Positions 37,536 to 39,998 of a stretch of DNA of 39,998 nt are shown piece by piece (positions within the stretch are counted from its first letter, which is position 1; each line of letters starts with the position of its first letter). A model generated the notes under the pieces. It had not been told where the DNA came from and searched no databases. It saw only the letters and a program-made list of their open reading frames with translations. Made by a program: the position numbers and the translations under genes. The DNA is taken from the NCBI GenBank assembly GCA_040901675.1, contig JBBDYJ010000012.1:1-39998 (forward strand). The letters are read 5' to 3'. Source of the stretch: Pirellulales bacterium (GTDB taxonomy: Bacteria; Planctomycetota; Planctomycetia; Pirellulales; JAICIG01).

Positions 37536-37654
37536 GGGTGGCTGGCGGCAAAGCGTTAGCGTACCCCAGTCTTTGTCCGTCCTGTTGCTTCAGTCTCTAG
37601 CCTCCGGTCTCCAGCCTGATTCGTCAGCGTGCCCCAGTCTTCGTCGGTTTCGCC

Positions 37655-38674
37655 TCATCGCGTCATCCCCCCTTCCCCCGCTCCCCCCTTCCCCCGCTCC
37701 CCGTGCTCGTGCTCGTGCGACTCTTCGCCTGGCGGCTCGGGATGATCGTGCCCGGACTCGATGGCGGCCGCCAAGCCGAGTCCCAGCAGCAGGGCGGCCG
37801 ACAGCTTGAGCCGGTCGTGTGAGTGAAATTGCAGCTCGGGCAACAGGTCGCTGGTGGCGATGCACACGAACGTGCCGGCCGCGAAGGCCAGCGCCCAGCC
37901 AATGAGCTGGTCCTTGCTCGCTCCGCCGGCGCCGATGCCTGCCTGGAACAACAGCACTCCGGCGGGCACGGCCAGCGCGTACAAGGCGTTCACTACGTGC
38001 CGTGCGGCCGGGCGCCTTCCGGCCAGCGCCATCAAGGTGCCCAGCGTCATCGAGTCGAACGGCTTGTGCAGGAACACGGCCAGAAACACCACCAGGCCGG
38101 CGAACCGGGCGTGTCCGCCCGCCTCCGACTCGGCGGCCACGCTGGCCGCCAAGGCGACTCCGTCGAGCATGCTGTGCAGCGTCAATCCGGCGAGCGCCGC
38201 GCCCCAGTTCAGCCGATGGCTCGGCTGGTGTGTTCCATGATTGTGCTCCCCCGCAGCAGGCGCACTGAGTATGCCGTGGCTTTCCGTAGCAGGCACACTC
38301 CGTATGCCGCTGCCCTGCCGCGGCTGCGAGTGCTCCCCGTGTGCATGGTCGCGCTGTTCCCCGTGCGCCGCTTCAACGCCCAACTCGGCGGGGGTTGCAT
38401 GCTGGTGGAAGTGGAACACTCGCTCCACGAAGAACATGAACAAAAACCCGCCGCACAGCCCCCAGACACATTGGCGGATCGAGCCGGAGGCGTAAAAGGC
38501 GTGCGGCAAGAGGTGCAACAGACCCACGCCGAGCATTGCGCCGCCCACAAAGCTCATCGCCAGTTGCAGCCGCGTATGGGTGAGCCGGACCCAGAGCGGA
38601 ATCCAGCCGCCGGCCAGCGAGCCGAGCAGAATCAGCAGGCAGTACACGCCCAACAGCAGCAGCGGTGACGCCAT
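37655..38674 (-). CDS. ZIP family metal transporter with His-rich loop
   Basis: SFVGGAMLGVGLLHLLPHA, His-rich loop, TM4 LHSMLDGVAL, TM5 VFLHKPFD, AAGTFVCIATSDLLPEL and His-rich tail. Confidence 0.9.
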   Translation of the reverse strand: MASPLLLLGVYCLLILLGSLAGGWIPLWVRLTHTRLQLAMSFVGGAMLGVGLLHLLPHAFYASGSIRQCVWGLCGGFLFMFFVERVFHFHQHATPAELGVEAAHGEQRDHAHGEHSQPRQGSGIRSVPATESHGILSAPAAGEHNHGTHQPSHRLNWGAALAGLTLHSMLDGVALAASVAAESEAGGHARFAGLVVFLAVFLHKPFDSMTLGTLMALAGRRPAARHVVNALYALAVPAGVLLFQAGIGAGGASKDQLIGWALAFAAGTFVCIATSDLLPELQFHSHDRLKLSAALLLGLGLAAAIESGHDHPEPPGEESHEHEHGERGKGGAGEGGMTR

Positions 38675-38721
38675 TCCAGATCGCCCAAGGAGAGAAAGCC
38701 CGCGCTGGGGCCGAAGCCTTG

Positions 38722-38738
38722 TTACAACACAATTGCAA
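38722..38738 (-). promoter_or_regulatory. Putative Zur/Fur-family operator upstream of the ZIP gene
   Basis: Minus strand TTGCAA-TTGTG-TTGTAA (6-5-6 inverted repeat, one mismatch), AT-rich, 47 bp upstream of the ZIP start. Confidence 0.5.
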
Positions 38739-38961
38739 GAGTATCGCCGCCTGGACCCAAAACCACAAGGGGGCTAGGAGCAGTTCGCCGATCCTCTCTT
38801 GAACCGCGGCGGTCGCAACCTAGCGAGCATTCTGGCCCGCCGACCGGACGACAATGTTGACAAGCTACCGGAACCGGCCGAGTAACGTGACAAACGACCG
38901 ATGACCTGTTAGGTTTCGAATTACCGCAGCCTGGGGGGCGCTAGCTAGCCGCAAATCCGCC

Positions 38962-39037
38962 GCCTACAGGCGTTGCAGTTGATCGGGCCGCCTGAGTGCT
39001 GGCCGGGGCGGCCGGCAACTGAACTTTGGCGTGAGGC
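38962..39037 (+). mobile_element. Degenerate integron attC site
   Basis: GCCTAC (R'' short by one A), L'' GTTGCAGTTG pairing with L' CAACTGAAC leaving one extrahelical G, inner GGCCGCC/GGCGGCC stem, R' GTGAGGC (consensus GTTRRRY). Confidence 0.65.
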
Positions 39038-39052
39038 GGCGGAGGGCGAAGG

Positions 39053-39504
39053 GTGGACGATCTCGACCAACCCCGCGAAGTGTCCGTCGAGGTCGTGTAC
39101 GTCGATGAACACCTGGTTGATTGGAGGCGACCGTCGGGGCCGACCACTGGCGGGGCCAGGCGCGGGCCTACGCTGTCCCGCAGGACCTTGCAGCGTTCGC
39201 GGCCGCACTCCAGCGCTTCGCCGATGGCGGGGCCGGACAAGCGGAGTTCACGGCCGGGGCGGACAACGGCATCGGCCTGATCAGCTTGAGGTTCTACCGC
39301 ATCGACAGAGCCGGGCACATTGCCTGCCACGCTCGTTTGGCTTCGGGCGGTGCGCCCACCCACCACCGGCCGGAGCAGGTTTCAAGGTTGGCGGTGGAGG
39401 TCGGGGCCGAGGCACGGTCTGTCGGGCAGTTCGCGGGGCAGTTGGCCGAGGTAGCTCGGACGCAGATAGGGCGGGCGTCTCTGGCCATCGAGCCAGATGC
39501 CTAA
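39053..39504 (+). pseudogene. Frameshifted gene-cassette ORF (hypothetical protein)
   Basis: GTG 39053 after GGAGG reads MDDLDQPREVSVEVVYVDEHLV, and coherent sequence continues in another frame from 39121 (LEATV...EPDA*); the stop TAA lies within GCCTAAC. Confidence 0.6.
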
Positions 39505-39519
39505 CCAGGCGCTGCACCT
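39499..39519 (+). mobile_element. Truncated attC left arm
   Basis: GCCTAAC-CAGGC-GCTGCACCT (R'', spacer, L''); no complementary right arm seen downstream. Confidence 0.5.
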
Positions 39520-39599
39520 TCGGGGTACATCAGAAACGACTGCCGCCGAGAGCGAAGGCCTCGAGCTCCACCTGGTCGCGGCCGTCGATAATACCGCCG

Positions 39600-39859
39600 A
39601 GGTTGACCCGAAGAGCAAATACATTGTGCAAGGCTGGCCAGCTCGAGTGATTGGAATCATCGGGCTGCTCCCTCTCCCCGTGTCGTTCGTGGTCGCCGCG
39701 GCCGTCGCCACGGTGTTCCTCGCTCAAGGCAAAGAGGTCACAAATGACTCGTTCTTCTGGGTGGCGACAGCAATCGAGGGTTCGATTGTCCTGTCGTGTC
39801 TCGTAGCCATGGCTATTCTGGTGCGTGTGTACCGGACTCCGCTGCCCGCCGATGCTTGA
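39600..39859 (+). pseudogene. Probable 5'-truncated 2-TM membrane protein fragment
   Basis: Protein-like KSKYIVQGWPARVIGIIGLLPLP...RVYRTP; the only ATG (39497) lies at the attC arm and the intervening sequence looks unrelated. Confidence 0.45.
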
Positions 39860-39998
39860 CGTTACGGCTCTCGCACCTTCAGTCGGCGCCGATTTCCCGC
39901 TCGGCATTGGTGAATCCGACTGGGCGCGGGCGTTCGAGCGGACTAAGGAACGCCCGAAGAATAACTTCGGTGTTTCGCGAGCGTCATGATAGTGCCGT

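Noticed and set aside
2492..38674. cbiX, CNNM, cbiQO and ZIP as one metal/cobalamin island
   Set aside because: The genes are scattered over 36 kb among unrelated loci, and no shared regulatory motif was seen.
38908..38914. GTTAGGT as an attI or attC core site
   Set aside because: A lone 7-mer with no partner box and no integrase nearby.

Overview
GC-rich bacterial window with gene content typical of Planctomycetota (inferred from the giant Ser/Thr kinase, PQQ-like propellers, 24-aa LRRs and FHA-GAF regulator). About 25 CDSs are supported. Housekeeping and metal genes: Prc/Tsp protease, CbiX chelatase, 5-oxoprolinase, CNNM/CBS protein, CYTH cyclase, PdxA, CbiQ/CbiO and a ZIP transporter. The most unusual gene (26055-32861, 2268 aa) fuses a signal peptide, a CBM-like domain, about 37 LRRs, a processive membrane GT2 glycan synthase, a second CBM-like domain and a clan GH-A hydrolase. 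Other notable items: a kinase-NTPase-FGE gene upstream of two glycosyltransferase-like paralogs that share a Cys-rich N-terminal domain; an FHA-GAF-Fis regulator lacking its sigma54 AAA+ domain; a secreted/lipoprotein paralog plus DUF11 operon; GTAG-type REP elements supplying stop codons; heptamer repeat tracts; a Zur-like box; and a decaying integron cassette (attC) region at the right end. No rRNA, tRNA or CRISPR array was recognised. All family assignments come from motif recognition by eye, not from database searches.
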